Source: a virus
Taxonomy: Duplodnaviria; Caudoviricetes
Direction: 5' to 3' (one strand)
Length of the DNA stretch: 64,000 bases
IMG/VR virus record: IMGVR_UViG_3300025389_000011
The position numbers and the translations under genes are program-made. The stretch's first letter is position 1. Each line of letters starts with the position of its first letter. Of the stretch, positions 1-13,700 are shown piece by piece. The notes under the pieces are model-generated. The model saw nothing but the letters and a program-made list of their open reading frames with translations, had not been told where the DNA came from and did no database searches.

Positions 1-1
1 T

Positions 2-1870
2 GCAGGCAATGTTGATGTACATAGTACAAATATTACAAGTCTTGCTGATCCAGTTAATCCGCAAGATGCGGCTACAAAACAATATGTTGATAATATCAGT
101 CAAGGTCTTTATGTTCACCCTGCCGCAAATGTATTGTCATCAAGTAACTTAAATGCAACATATAATAATGGTGGTACAAGTTTAACTGTTACTGACATTA
201 TTGGTAATAGTGTTGTTCAATTCAGTGGTGCACACGGATTAAGCGTTGGTAATACAATTTCATTCACTAACTCATTCAATGGTATCAGTGGTGATCCAGA
301 TGTCTACTATGTAGCTTCAGTACCCGCATCTAATCAAATTACATTGAAGGATGAATATTATGGTCCCGCCCCAGTAGAAACATTAACTGCTGGCACAGGA
401 TTATCACAACCTGCATTAGGTCAAGCTGGTACAGGCGCAACATTAACAAATGCAGGCACACTTGCCGCATTAATTGTTGATAGTGTAACAACTACTACAG
501 GCTTACGTGTTCTTGTAACTGGTCAAACAAATCAAGCATATAATGGTATCTATGACGTAACAACAGTTGGTGATGGTTCAACACCATGGGTATTAACAAG
601 AAGTACAGATGGTAGTAGTTATATCCCACAAAGTGCAAATGGTTTGGCAGCAGGTTCATACTTCTTTGTAACTGAAGGTAGTGTATATGGTGGTTCAAGT
701 TGGATTGTAACAACAACTGGTGAAATTGACATTGGTATCACAAATATTACTTTTGTTCAATTCAGTCAAGGCGGTGCTTATACAGGTGCAAACGGTATTA
801 ACGTAACCGGAACATTAATTACTGCTAACGTTGATGGAGTAACTACTGACATTGTTGGTGGTAATATTGTTGTTAAAACAAGTGCAAATCTTACAACACC
901 AAACGTTGGTGATGCTACATTTAGCAGTTTGTCTTGGAATACACTAAGCAACGGTAATATTAATGTAAGCAATGTAAATGCTTCAAACACAACACTTACA
1001 AATGTATTGTCAGTTAATACAAGTGCTACTGCAAACACAATTACATCAAATGCCTGGGCTAACATTGGTACTGACTTAATTGTTGGTGGCAATGCAAACA
1101 TTACAGGTAACGTGCAAGTTGGTACAGGTAGTGGCGGCAATATCACTGGTGTTAATGTTATAACAGCTAACACAGCAAATGTTGGTGACGTAAATGCTAC
1201 AGGTAATGTTAATGCATTAACAGGAAATATTACTGCTAATGCATTCTATGGCAATAGTATTGACATCAATAATGGTGGTCCTGCAAATATTACAGGTAAC
1301 TTAACTGCAAATTATATCTTTGCTAACTATGACGCAAATATTAGTGGAAACGCAAATGTTACTAGTACATTATTTGTTGGTAACAGTTCAAGCAATGTAA
1401 GTATTAATAACGGAAACGCTAACCTAACAGGTAACATATTAGTTGGTAATGTTTCAAGCAATGTTGCAATTACAAATGATGGTAATGTAACAGCTTCTGC
1501 TAACTTAAACGCAAACAATGCAAATATCAGCAATGTTATTGCATTAGGTAATACTCAAGTTAACTGGGGTACTGTAACTACAACTAACATTACAGCTAAT
1601 CAAACAATCGCACAAATACCAACTACAGGAATTAATGGAATTGAGTTCTTTGTGAAAGGTATTGATGCTACCGGCACTAAATATAGCGTAGCAACTGTTC
1701 AAGCAGTTACTGATGGTTCAAATGTTGATTATGTAGTATACGGTGGGGCTTACTTAACTGCAAGTACAGGTACATTAGCTGTTAATATTGTTGGGGGAAA
1801 TGTTGCTCTGCAAGTTACGCCGTCAAGTTCAAACTCAACGGTGTGGACTACACAGTATAAAACAGTTTAA
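2..1870 (+). CDS. Virion structural / fibre-like protein, 5'-truncated by the window edge
   Basis: Frame is open from base 2 (AGNVDVHSTNITSLADPVNPQDAATKQYVD...), so the TTG start at 134 is internal. Contains a DAATKxYVD + RVLV..NGIY..WVLTR module and N/G/T-rich repeats. Confidence 0.85.
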   Translation, partial: AGNVDVHSTNITSLADPVNPQDAATKQYVDNISQGLYVHPAANVLSSSNLNATYNNGGTSLTVTDIIGNSVVQFSGAHGLSVGNTISFTNSFNGISGDPDVYYVASVPASNQITLKDEYYGPAPVETLTAGTGLSQPALGQAGTGATLTNAGTLAALIVDSVTTTTGLRVLVTGQTNQAYNGIYDVTTVGDGSTPWVLTRSTDGSSYIPQSANGLAAGSYFFVTEGSVYGGSSWIVTTTGEIDIGITNITFVQFSQGGAYTGANGINVTGTLITANVDGVTTDIVGGNIVVKTSANLTTPNVGDATFSSLSWNTLSNGNINVSNVNASNTTLTNVLSVNTSATANTITSNAWANIGTDLIVGGNANITGNVQVGTGSGGNITGVNVITANTANVGDVNATGNVNALTGNITANAFYGNSIDINNGGPANITGNLTANYIFANYDANISGNANVTSTLFVGNSSSNVSINNGNANLTGNILVGNVSSNVAITNDGNVTASANLNANNANISNVIALGNTQVNWGTVTTTNITANQTIAQIPTTGINGIEFFVKGIDATGTKYSVATVQAVTDGSNVDYVVYGGAYLTASTGTLAVNIVGGNVALQVTPSSSNSTVWTTQYKTV

Positions 1871-1897
1871 TCATTAATTTTATAAGGGATTTTCAAA

Positions 1898-3580
1898 ATG
1901 GCTTTACGCCCATTTAACTCGTTAGACGGTTTCTCAGTTGGTGAAAGCCCTAAAATTAATGTAATCTATGCGAACGGTGATGGTTCTTTTGGAAATCTAA
2001 CTGTATTAGCTAATTCTTATTTAGGGGAAATAGCTAACGTACAGATTCTAGGCGGGATGCCGGGGCAAGGTATTGTTACTGATGGTAACGGCAATCTAAG
2101 TTTTGAAACATTTGCATCCTCAACTACTGCGGCTCCTATGCCGTATTTTATTCCTACTGGTAATACAGCAATAGTAGCTGATACTTTTCAAGGTTTATTT
2201 TCTTATCCTATCACAATCGACGGTGTTTTAGAAGTTGATGGTTTACTAATTGAAGTTGGTACACCAATCAATGCTAACAACTATCAAATTGTATATAATA
2301 GTGATAGCACACTTTCAGGTAATGCTGGATTTACATTTATACCAGACTCTGGTAATTTATATGTTCCAGGTAATATAGTACCATCTGGTGATATTATACC
2401 TAGAATTAATGTACAATCTAGTTTAGGATCATATACTAATAGATTTAGTAATTTATGGTTATCAGGTAATACAATCACATTAAGTAGTGCATCAGGTCTT
2501 GATAGTACTATTTCTACTACATATGGTGGAAATATAGTATTAACTAGCGGCGGCGGTGGTAATTTACAAGTTCAGGGTAACACAACTGTTACTACCATAC
2601 AAACTGGTAATACCAGTATAGATTTGACTGCTAATGGAAATATTGATTTTACCGTTACTGGTGTACCTAATGTAGTTACTATAACACAAAATGGTTTAGC
2701 TCTTACAGGAAATGTTGATTTTTCTAGTTCACCAACTGTATTATTGGGTCCAATAGGAAATGTAAAAATAACCGGCGGTAATATAGGTCAAATTTTAACT
2801 ACTGATGGTAATGGAAATTTAACTTGGTCATCAACACCAACAAACATAACAGAAATTCAAAATGGCCGTAGTAATGTAAGCATACCAAACCAAAATGGTA
2901 ATGTATATATTAATGCCAATAATGGTAGTAATTTTCAATGGATTTTTGATACTACGGGTAATTTAACAACAACTACAGGTAACATCAATATTCCGGGTAA
3001 TGTAGTTTCAAATGGTACAATTACAGGGGACTACCTAATATCAACTAGCGGATGTGTGTCAATCGGAAACGGTACATTAGCTGTTATTGGTTCAAATGCA
3101 GGTGTATTCAATTCAGGTGTTACCAATATTAACATTGGTGTTGCGGCAAACGTTGTGTTAGGTTCTACGACAGGTACAGTAACAACTCAAAATGATTTTG
3201 TTTCAAATGGCAATATTACTACAACAAATACAGTTATTTCTAACAATATAAGTGTGGGAGACTTGTACAGTAAACGTGCCCCAATATCAGTTCCAAGCAA
3301 TAATACAATCATTGATACGTTCCCTATATCAGCATTTAGGTCTGCAAAGTACACAATTAAGTCATCATGTGACATTGGATATCAGGCTCTAGAGGTACTT
3401 TTATTACAAGATAGCATAAATACGTACATAACGGTATATGCTAGTCTTTCATCTGCCCCATTAGGTGCAGAAACGATTTTGGTGACAGCGAATATTACAT
3501 CAGGCAATGTAAATTTATTAGCTAGTCCCTATAGTAGTAATACAGTAGTGAATTTGATGGGGACATATGTTCCAGATTAA
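1898..3580 (+). CDS. Virion structural protein (N/G/T-rich, C-terminal FRSAKY-type domain)
   Basis: 560 aa. The C-terminal IDTF..SAFRSAKY..GYQALEVLL domain is shared with the next gene. GGGA RBS upstream. Confidence 0.8.
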   Translation: MALRPFNSLDGFSVGESPKINVIYANGDGSFGNLTVLANSYLGEIANVQILGGMPGQGIVTDGNGNLSFETFASSTTAAPMPYFIPTGNTAIVADTFQGLFSYPITIDGVLEVDGLLIEVGTPINANNYQIVYNSDSTLSGNAGFTFIPDSGNLYVPGNIVPSGDIIPRINVQSSLGSYTNRFSNLWLSGNTITLSSASGLDSTISTTYGGNIVLTSGGGGNLQVQGNTTVTTIQTGNTSIDLTANGNIDFTVTGVPNVVTITQNGLALTGNVDFSSSPTVLLGPIGNVKITGGNIGQILTTDGNGNLTWSSTPTNITEIQNGRSNVSIPNQNGNVYINANNGSNFQWIFDTTGNLTTTTGNINIPGNVVSNGTITGDYLISTSGCVSIGNGTLAVIGSNAGVFNSGVTNINIGVAANVVLGSTTGTVTTQNDFVSNGNITTTNTVISNNISVGDLYSKRAPISVPSNNTIIDTFPISAFRSAKYTIKSSCDIGYQALEVLLLQDSINTYITVYASLSSAPLGAETILVTANITSGNVNLLASPYSSNTVVNLMGTYVPD

Positions 3581-3607
3581 AAATATAAAAAATAGGATAG
3601 AATTAAA

Positions 3608-6600
3608 ATGACCACAAAAAATTTCGTTGTTAAAAATGGTATTACAACAGGTAATATTGTACTTGATGCCGCATCAGGTAACATAACTACTAACGGCACC
3701 GCTAATCTAAATGCGTTGATTATAGCAACCACTAGTAATCTAGGTAATGTTGGTAACATCTATATTGGTGGCGGTAGTTCAGGTTACGTACTACAAACTG
3801 ATGGTAGTGGTAATTTGAGTTGGACTTCAAGCCCAGACGTAACACAAATTCAAAATGGTAACAGTAATGTAAGTGTCCCTACAGCTAACGGTAATGTTTA
3901 TATTAATGCTACTGGCGCAGAGCAGTGGGTATTTGACACAACAGGTAATTTAACCGCACCTTCAGCAGGTACAGCAAATCTTGGTAATTTAATAATTGCT
4001 AATTATGCAAATTTCACAAATAACGCAAATATTCAAGGTAATTTAACAGCGGGTAATTCTAATCTAGGCAATTTAGCACGTGCTAATTTTGTAAATGTAA
4101 CAAGTAACTTATCAGCAAGTAATGCCAATATAACTACATTATTAACTACTGCTAACGCCAACGTAACTACAGATATCATAGTTGGTGGTAATGCTAATAT
4201 TACAGGTAATGTACTTATTGGTAATGCTAATATTAATGTAGATGTTGTAATTGGTGGTAATGCAAATGTAACAGGTAACGTAACTTCAAATAATGCAAAC
4301 GTTACTACATTATTAACAGCAAATACTGTTAATGTTACTGCAAGTCTTACAGTTAATCTAAATGCAAACATAACTGCTAACTTAACAGCAGGTAATGCTA
4401 ATGTAACTGCATTATTGACAACAGGTAATGCCAATGTAACAAATCAATTAGTTGCCGGTAATGCAAATGTTACAGTTCAGTTGAACACAGGTAATGCTAA
4501 TGTAACAAATCAATTAGTTGCTGGTAATGCAAATGTAACTGCTAATTTAGTAGCAGCCAACGCAAACGTTACTGGATTCTTTGTAACTGCCAATGCTAAT
4601 GCTAATATTCTTACTGCCGGTAATATCTATGCTAATGCAGGTAATATTATTGCAAACACATTAGGTGGCACACTAAATGTACTATCTAACGCACAACCAA
4701 ATATTACTAGTGTTGGTAACTTAACAAGTTTATTAGTAGTAGGTAATATTCAGTCAAATGCAAATATACTTGCTAACACAATTTTAAGTGTATCAGGTCC
4801 ACTCACAGTTACAACTACAACAAACGGGAATATTAATCTACATCCAAATGGTACTGGTAACGTTGATGTTGCTAACACCTATATCACAAATCTTGCATTA
4901 ACTCCAATTAATCCAGGTGATGCGGCATCAAAGAGTTATGTAGATGCAACAACGCAGGGTTTAAGTCCTAAGGATGCTTCTGATTATGCTACAACAACTG
5001 CACTACCTGCATACACATATAATAACGGAACAAGTGGTGTTGGTGCAACAATTACAGCTAATGTAAACGGTGCATTAACTATTGATGGTGGATCACCAAC
5101 AACAGGTATGCGTGTTCTTATTAAGAATGAGACAGGTGGAAATCAACCATATAACGGTATCTACGTTGTAACTGCCGCAGGTAGCGTAAGTTCTCCATTC
5201 ATTCTAACACGTAGCTCAGACTTTGATTTAAGTAGCCCAAGTTCAGAAATTCCTGGTGCATTTACATTTGTCATTTATGGTACATCAAATGCAAATACAG
5301 GTTGGATTTGTACTACATTGCCCCCTGTAACAGTTGGCACTACAAATATTACGTTCACTCAATTCTCAGCGGCAGGTGAATATAGTGCTGGTACAGGCAT
5401 TAGCATCAATGGTACAGTTATCAGTATTGCAAATACTGCTGTATCAGCAGGTTCATATGGTGGTGGTGACCAAGTAGCAACATTTACAGTTAATGACCAA
5501 GGTCAATTAACAAATGCAAGTAACACATATATTACTGCAAATGCAGGAAATCTAACAGGTAATACACTTGCATCAAGCATTGTTACATCAAGTCTAACAA
5601 CTGTAGGTACATTAGGAAACTTAGAAGTTACTGGTAATATTACTAGTGACACTGGCTATGTTCTTGCAAATTATATTGGTCAATCAACTACACAACTATA
5701 TGGTAATGGTATTAGTATCAGCAACATTGCAGGTGCTAACGTATCAGGTAACGTAGCAAATGCAAACTTAGCTGGTTATGTAACAGGTAATGCTCAAAGT
5801 AATATTACTAGCGTTGGCACACTAACAAGTTTAACAGTAACCAACGACATTACAAGTACTGCTGGTAATATTACTGCTGGTAATATTGGTAGTAGCTTAA
5901 CATACTTGATTGGTAACGGTGCGGCCATCAGTGGTATTACTGGTGCTAATGTAACAGGTAATGTAGCAAATGCAAACTTAGCTGGTTATGTAACACAAAA
6001 TGCACAAAGCAATATTACTAGTTTAGGTACATTAGCTAACTTAACCGTAACAGGTCCAGTTGATGTTAGTACAAGTCCTAACGTAGATTTAGGTAATATC
6101 AGTAACGTACATATCTTAGGTGGTCAGAATGGACAATACTTACAAACTGATGGTTCAGGAGTTCTATCTTGGTCAACTATCAGTCAATCAAGTATCAGCA
6201 ATGGTAGTTCAAATGTAAGTATTCCTTCAGTAAACGGTCCAGTATTTGTAGGTGTTAATGGTACAGCTAATGTATTATACGTAAATAGTTATGGTGCAAA
6301 CATTAACGGTTCACTAACTGTTTCTAGCGCAGGAACAGGTAACATTACAAGTGATAATGCAAATGTTGGTAACTTATTAACTTCTAACAACGCAAATATA
6401 ACTGCAAACTTAACATCAGGTAACGCCAACATAACTACATTGTTGACTACCGGTAATGCTAATGTAACATTAAATATTACAGTAGGTGGCAATGCAAATA
6501 TAACAGGTAATTTATCTGCAAATACAGCAAATATAACAGGTAATGCTAACGTTGGTAACATAGGTACAGCAACAGCTATTATTACAACAGGTAATATTAC

Positions 6601-7159
6601 AACAATTAATAGTGGTCTATTACAAAATGGTAATAGCAATATCACATTAACTGGTAACGGTAATATTACAACAACTGTTGCAGGTAATACAGTATTAGTT
6701 TTAACTGGCACAGGTGCTAACGTAACAGGTACAGCTAACGTAAGCGGTAACTTAAGTGCAGGTAACATCAGTACAGGTGGCGCAATAACAGTAACAGGTA
6801 ACGTAACAGCAAACTACGTAGCGTTAACGAACGGTATTACTTCAAATCGTTCTAACGTGACAGTTAGTGCTAACGGTACTGTGCTGGATCAATTCTCACC
6901 ATCCGTATTCAGAACAGCTAAATATGTGATTAGTGCATCAAGTCCATATGGATATCAATCTATAGAGACATTGCTAGTGCAAGATGGTACTAACTCATAT
7001 ATTACAATTTATGGAGATTTAAGTTCTAATGCATCTACAGACATCATTGATGTAAGTAGTAACATTAGTGGTACAACAGGTAATGTGACATTATATGCTA
7101 ATGCATTTGGTGGTCAAACTGCAAAAGTACAATTAATTGCACAATACTTATTAACATAA
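3608..7159 (+). CDS. Virion structural / fibre-like protein
   Basis: 1183 aa with GNANVT repeats, a DAASKSYVD/RVLIKNE/NGIY module and a C-terminal FRTAKY domain. Confidence 0.85.
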   Translation: MTTKNFVVKNGITTGNIVLDAASGNITTNGTANLNALIIATTSNLGNVGNIYIGGGSSGYVLQTDGSGNLSWTSSPDVTQIQNGNSNVSVPTANGNVYINATGAEQWVFDTTGNLTAPSAGTANLGNLIIANYANFTNNANIQGNLTAGNSNLGNLARANFVNVTSNLSASNANITTLLTTANANVTTDIIVGGNANITGNVLIGNANINVDVVIGGNANVTGNVTSNNANVTTLLTANTVNVTASLTVNLNANITANLTAGNANVTALLTTGNANVTNQLVAGNANVTVQLNTGNANVTNQLVAGNANVTANLVAANANVTGFFVTANANANILTAGNIYANAGNIIANTLGGTLNVLSNAQPNITSVGNLTSLLVVGNIQSNANILANTILSVSGPLTVTTTTNGNINLHPNGTGNVDVANTYITNLALTPINPGDAASKSYVDATTQGLSPKDASDYATTTALPAYTYNNGTSGVGATITANVNGALTIDGGSPTTGMRVLIKNETGGNQPYNGIYVVTAAGSVSSPFILTRSSDFDLSSPSSEIPGAFTFVIYGTSNANTGWICTTLPPVTVGTTNITFTQFSAAGEYSAGTGISINGTVISIANTAVSAGSYGGGDQVATFTVNDQGQLTNASNTYITANAGNLTGNTLASSIVTSSLTTVGTLGNLEVTGNITSDTGYVLANYIGQSTTQLYGNGISISNIAGANVSGNVANANLAGYVTGNAQSNITSVGTLTSLTVTNDITSTAGNITAGNIGSSLTYLIGNGAAISGITGANVTGNVANANLAGYVTQNAQSNITSLGTLANLTVTGPVDVSTSPNVDLGNISNVHILGGQNGQYLQTDGSGVLSWSTISQSSISNGSSNVSIPSVNGPVFVGVNGTANVLYVNSYGANINGSLTVSSAGTGNITSDNANVGNLLTSNNANITANLTSGNANITTLLTTGNANVTLNITVGGNANITGNLSANTANITGNANVGNIGTATAIITTGNITTINSGLLQNGNSNITLTGNGNITTTVAGNTVLVLTGTGANVTGTANVSGNLSAGNISTGGAITVTGNVTANYVALTNGITSNRSNVTVSANGTVLDQFSPSVFRTAKYVISASSPYGYQSIETLLVQDGTNSYITIYGDLSSNASTDIIDVSSNISGTTGNVTLYANAFGGQTAKVQLIAQYLLT

Positions 7160-7245
7160 AAGGAAAAAATCAACATAAAAAACTGATTTTTAAAAATTCA
7201 AGGTTGGCTTAGTCCAACCATTTGACTTACAGGGAAAATGGAACT

Positions 7246-7647
7246 GTGGCAAGTAGTACAAAAAACTTTATAGTCAAGAATGGTCTTACCACTGGTAATA
7301 TTATTCTTAGCGCATTGGACGGCAGTATAACTGCCAATTCTGCCAACATAAGTGGCGACATTGTTACCGGCGGCAACGCTAATATATCAGGTAACGCTAC
7401 AATTTCCGGAATAACAAATGTAGGTCCAATCAGTAATTTATATGCTACTGGCGGTTCTGCAGGACAATATATTACAACTGACGGTAACGGAAATCTTTCT
7501 TTTGCATCAGTTGTTTCATTTATGCCAGCATATATTTTTGCAGGCACAACATTGTTTGTGCCACAGTATTACCAAGCATTATCAGGACTTTCTACATTAA
7601 CAGTAGATGGAAATTTGAGCGTAGACGGTGTTTATGTTGAAGCGTAA
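7246..7647 (+). CDS. Small virion structural protein
   Basis: Likely GTG start at 7246. The N-terminus KNFIVKNGLTTGNI parallels gene 3608, and the C-terminal MPAYI..TVDGNLSVDG parallels a module in gene 1898. Confidence 0.7.
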   Translation: MASSTKNFIVKNGLTTGNIILSALDGSITANSANISGDIVTGGNANISGNATISGITNVGPISNLYATGGSAGQYITTDGNGNLSFASVVSFMPAYIFAGTTLFVPQYYQALSGLSTLTVDGNLSVDGVYVEA

Positions 7648-7705
7648 ATAAACTTCAAAAAGCAAAAAATGATAAATAAAGAATAGACTACTATAGGATA
7701 CAAAC

Positions 7706-10700
7706 ATGTCACTAATTTTAAAACAAGAATCAGATGCGAATGCAGCCTTACCACCAGCGGGTAAAGGTACAATTTATATTAATACTGCTGACCAGCTTAG
7801 TACAAAAGCTGCCAATGGTGCAATTCAAACTTTCCCTACATTGGGTGGGGCAGACCAGCAGATTTTAATTAATGAGTCTAATTCTATTCAGGGTTCAGCT
7901 AATTTAACATTTGATTACGGAAATGCTAACTTTAAGTTAACAGGTAATGCAAATATTACAGGCAATACAACAGTTAATAATATTACAGTGACTGGTAATT
8001 TAACTGCAAATGGTATTGCGGTGACAAGTATTAATGATGGTAATAGTAATGTAGCTATTACTACTCCTGGTAGTAATGTAACAATTAGTGTAAATGGAAC
8101 AACAAACGTAGCAGTATTCTCAAATACTGGTGCAAATTTAACAGGTACAACAACAGTAGCTAATCTTACAGTTACTGGTAATTTAAGCGCAAATAATATT
8201 AGTGTAACAAGCATTGCAGATGGTAATAGTAATGTTGCTATTGCACCAAATGCCAACGTAACAATTAGTGCGGCAGGTAATGCAAATGTTCTTACTGTTA
8301 CTGGTACAGGTGTTAACGTTGCAGGTACGTTAAATGCAGGAAACACTACAATAGGTAATCTTACAATTACAGGTAACTTAAATGCTAATGGTCTTAATGT
8401 TACTGGTATCGCTGATGGAAATAGTAACATAGCAATTGCACCAAATGCTAATATAACAATGGGTGTAGCAGGTTATGCAAATGTATTCACAGCATCATCA
8501 AGTGGTATTAATGTTATTGGTAATATAACAACTACTACTGACTTTATAACAACTGGTGGTTTTATTCAAGCCGCAAATGGTTTGTATTCTAATGGTATCT
8601 ACAACGGTGCTTATGATGACGGTATAGTAGTTGATTATGTAACAGGTAATGCACGTTTAACTGCGGGTAGTGCTGATGGTTTCTTGTTTAGAAACGGTGG
8701 CACTGGCGGTTCAACAATAGCAAGTATTGATGCAAATGGTAATGTAAACGCAACAGGTAAAATAAGTGCAACAGGTAATGTTTCAGGCGGAAATGTAACT
8801 ACATTAGGTATTGTTAGTGCAACTGGTAACGTATCAGGTGGTAATTTAACTACATTAGGTGCATTGTCGGTTGGTGGTAATGCCAACGTTGGTAATATCA
8901 GCGCAACAACAGTAATTGCATCTACTGGTAACATTTTAACAGTAAACGGTAACACGTTTCAAAATGGCAATAGTAATATAACTATTACAGCAAATAGCAA
9001 TATTACTCACTATGTAGCGGGTAATACTACACCTCAACTTGTATTATCATCAACTGGCGCAAATATTGCAGGTACAGCTAACATAGTTGGTACTGTTACG
9101 GCAGGTAATTTAACAGTAAGTGGAACAAGTAATTTAGGTCCAGTTGGTAACTTAACACTAACCGGTGGTAGCAATGGACAAGTTTTAACATCAAATGGTT
9201 CAGGTGGATTGAGTTTTGTAACCATCAGTACATCAACTTTATCAAATGGTAATAGTAACGTTGTAGTTAACGCTAATAACAATGTAACAATTAGTGCAGT
9301 TGGTAACGCAAACGTAGTAACAGTAACAGGTACAGGTGCTAATATTGTTGGTACACTGGCTGCAAGTGGTAATTTAAGTGGTGCTAATTTGTATATAGGT
9401 ACAGGTACAGCAAATGTTGGTAATTTAACAGTAACTAGCACAGCAAATATTGTCGGCAACGCCAATGTAGGTAATTTAGGTTTTGGTAGTGGTTTAATAA
9501 CTGGTACAGGTAATATTAGTGCCGGTAATGCAAATTTAACAGGTGCATTAAACGTTTCAGGAAACGCTAATACCGGTAATTTAGGCACCGCAACATTAAT
9601 CGCTACAACAGGTAATATCACAACAGTAAATAGTGGTTTAGTAAAAAATGGTAATAGTAACATTACTATTACAGGCAATAGTAGTATGACTGTTTATATT
9701 GGTGGAAATTCAACACCTCAATTTACAGTTTCAGCGGCTGGTGCAGACATTGCTGGTTCTGCTTCAGTTGGTGACTTGTCTACAGATGGTTTTGTTCTTG
9801 CAAACGGTAATATTATAAGCAATAATACAGTACTTGCAAATGCAATAAACAGTATTTCAACTTCTGGTTTCACAGTAAATGCTGTGGGAACAAATTCAAA
9901 CATTAATTTGGTAACAAATGGTACAGGTAATGTTATACTAACAGCAAACACAACTATTAATAATGTAGCTAATCCAACAAATCCGCAAGATGCGGCTACT
10001 AAAGCATATGTAGATGCAACTGCTCAAGGTTTAAGTGTAAAAGATTCAGTTGTGGCAGCAACAACAGTTGATTTAGGTACAGTTACATATAACAACGGTA
10101 CAAGTGGTGTAGGAGCTACATTAACTAACGCAGGTACGCAGGCAGCTTTTGCAATTGATGGTGTAACCGTGGCAGTTGGCGGACGTGTATTGATTAAAAA
10201 TGAAACAAACTCAGCTTATAACGGTATCTATACTGTAACAACAGCAGGCAGTGGTTCAAGTAATTGGGTATTAACACGTGCAACCGATAATAATACAAGT
10301 GCTGACATCGTAGGTTCATTCGTATTTGTTGAGCAAGGTTCAACAAACTCAAGTACTGGTTGGGTAAACACAAACAGCGGTACCATTACAGTTGGTACAA
10401 CTGGTATTACATTTACACAATTCTCAGGTGCTGGTACGTACAGTGCAGGTACAGGTTTAACACTAACCGGTACTGTATTCAGCGTAAGCAACACAGCAGT
10501 TACTGCAGGTAGTTATGGTAACGGTGACAGAGTTGCAACGTTTACTGTTAATGGTCAAGGTCAATTGACTGCGGCAAGTAACACAGCAATCACAGCAAAC
10601 GCGGCTAACCTAACAGGTACAACATTAAATTCAAGTATTGTAACATCTAGTTTAACTCAAGTTGGCACATTGGCTAACCTAACTGTTGGTAACTCAACAG

Positions 10701-13700
10701 CAAATACAGTATTTGGTAATGGTACAATTAATGCATCAGGTAATGCTAATGTAGGTAATTTAGGATTTGGTAGTGGTGTAATTACTGGTACAGGTAATAT
10801 CACAGGTGGTAACATCATTGGTACAATAGCCGCAGGTAGTAATGCAATTACTACAACAGGTAATGCTAATGTCGGTAATTTAGGATTTGGTAGTGGTGTA
10901 ATCACTGGTACAGGTAACATAACTGCTGGTAACATCATTGGTACAATCGCAGCCGGTTCAAATGCTATTACTACAACAGGTAATATCACAGGTGGTAACA
11001 TCATTGGTACAATCGCAGCCGGTTCAAATGCTATTACTACAACAGGTAATATTACAGCAGGTAATATCTATGCAAACACAGGCAATGCAAACATTGGTAA
11101 TTTAACAGTTAATGGTACATTAACTGCATCAAGCATTGCTGGTTTAAGCACATTAGCAGATGGTAACAGTAACGTAACAGTTGGTGCAAATAGTAACGTA
11201 TCGATTAGCGTTGCAGGTACATCAAATGTATTGGTAGTAACAAGCACTGGTGCTAATATTACAGGTACAGCTAACGTAAGTGGTAATGCTAACGTTGGTA
11301 ACTTAGGCACAGCGGGTTTAATTGTTGCAACTGGTAACGTAACTGGTGGTAACTTAACTACATTAGGTGCGTTGTCTGTGGGCGGTAACGCTAACGTTGG
11401 TAACTTGGGTACAACTACATTAGTTGCTACAACAGGTAATATCACAACAATTAACAGCGGTTTAATACAAAACGGTAACAGTAATGTAACTATTACAGGT
11501 AATGGTAATATTACAACAACAGTTGCAGGTAATTCTTCATTAGTTATTACTGGTACTGGTGCTAACGTAACAGGTACATTGAATATTACTGGTAACAGTC
11601 AGTTAACTGGTAATATTACTGCAAACAATGCAAACTTTACTGGTACAGTTAACGGTGTAACATTTATCCCAGCAACATTAAGTATTACAACAAGTGCAGG
11701 TGGCAATACAACATTGACTGCAACTTCACCTGGTTATATCTTAATCACTGGTACAACTGGATATACAATCAATATGCCAGCAGATGCTTCAATGCAAGTT
11801 GGTCAAGGTTTTACATTTAATAACAATGCTACTGGCAATGTTGTTATTAAAAATGCTACTGGTACTAGTTTATATACAATTGGTTCAGGTGGTGCGGCAA
11901 CTATAGATTATGTAGGTGGTGTTGAAGAATGGGACTTCCATCCCTTCTTGTCAACAAACATGCAAGCCGGCAACACATGGTTACAACTTGGTCTAACGAA
12001 CACTCCATCAAACTTGTGGGTATACGGTAACATTGTAGCAAACAACAGTTCTAACTCAGGCTTCATTGGTAACGGTGTTGGCTTGACAAGTTTGACTGGT
12101 GCAAACGTTACTGGTCAAGTTGCTAATGCGGCCACTGTAGCTAATGGTAATAGTAACGTAAGTATTGCAAGTGCAAATGGTAACGTAACAATTTATGCAG
12201 TTGGTAACTCAACAGTTACTATAACTGGTACTGGTGCAAACATCACTGGTACAGCTAACGTAAGTGGTAATGCTAACGTTGGTAATTTAGGAACAGCAGG
12301 TTTAATTGTCGCTACTGGTAACGTAACTGGTGGTAACTTAACAACAGCTGGCGTGCTATCAGTAACAGGTAACGCAAACGTTGGTAACTTAGGCACAGCT
12401 GGTATTATTACAGCGACAGGTAACGTAACAGCGGGTAATTTAATCACTGGTGGTTATGCTAATATTACAGGTAACTTAACATCAGGTAATGCTAACTTAG
12501 GTAACTTAGCAACAGCTAACTACTTAACAGGTACACTAACAACTGCGGCTCAACCAAATATTACAAGTGTTGGTACATTAAGTTCATTGTCAGTAACAGG
12601 AACTGTTTCAGCAGGTAATGCTCAGATTACATCTAACTTAACAGTAAGTAACTTGACTGTTACAGGTAACGCTACGATTAGCGGTAACATCAATCAGATT
12701 AGTGGTAATTCTGGTCAGTTCTTTGGTAATGCAACAACTGGTTTTGGTGCGTTATACGCAGGTGTACCAACTGGTTACGCAAATATTCCTCAGACTGTAT
12801 TACAGATTGCAGGTAACTACAACGACTATATTGACGTTAATATTCAAAATATTAATAGCGGTGCAAATGCAAGTACTGACTTATCATTAACCGCAGATAA
12901 TGGTAATACAAACATATACTTTATTGATATGGGTATTACATCAAGTACGTACAATGGCAGTGGATATGGATTTGGTAACGTATTAAATCCAAACGACGGT
13001 TATGTTTATGTTCAAGGTAACATAGCTGCCAATACACATGGTAATTTGGTATTAGCTACAACAACGCCAAACGCAATTATGAAGTTTGTTGTTGGTGGCG
13101 GTAATACAAATAACATATCAATGATTTTATATCCTGCTAATTTCACATCGACATCAAATACAACTGGTGCGGCAGTTATTACAGGTGGTTTAGGTGTATC
13201 AGGTAATATCTATGGTAGCAATTTAATTGCAGCCAATTACTTTACTGGTACATTGACAACAGCGGCACAGCCAAATATCACTAGTGTTGGTACACTAGCT
13301 AACTTAACAGTTGGTAATTCAACTGCTAATACAGTATTTGGTAACGGCACAATTAATGCTACTGGTAATGCTAACGTTGGTAATTTAGGATTTGGTAGTG
13401 GTGTAATTACTGGTACAGGTAATGTAACAGCAGGTGGTTTCTACGCAAACACAGGTAACGCAAATATTGGTAACTTAACAGTTAACGGTACATTATCTGC
13501 ATCAAGTATCGCTGGTATAAGTTCTATTGCATCAGGTAATAGTAACGTAGCAATCGCTCCAAACGCTAACGTAACAATTAGTGCGGCAGGTAATGCAAAC
13601 ATATTAACAGTAACAGGTACAGGCGCAAATATTGCAGGTACTGCAAATATTACAGGCAATATTTACAACGGTGGTAACTTATTAGTAACAGGTATCGCAA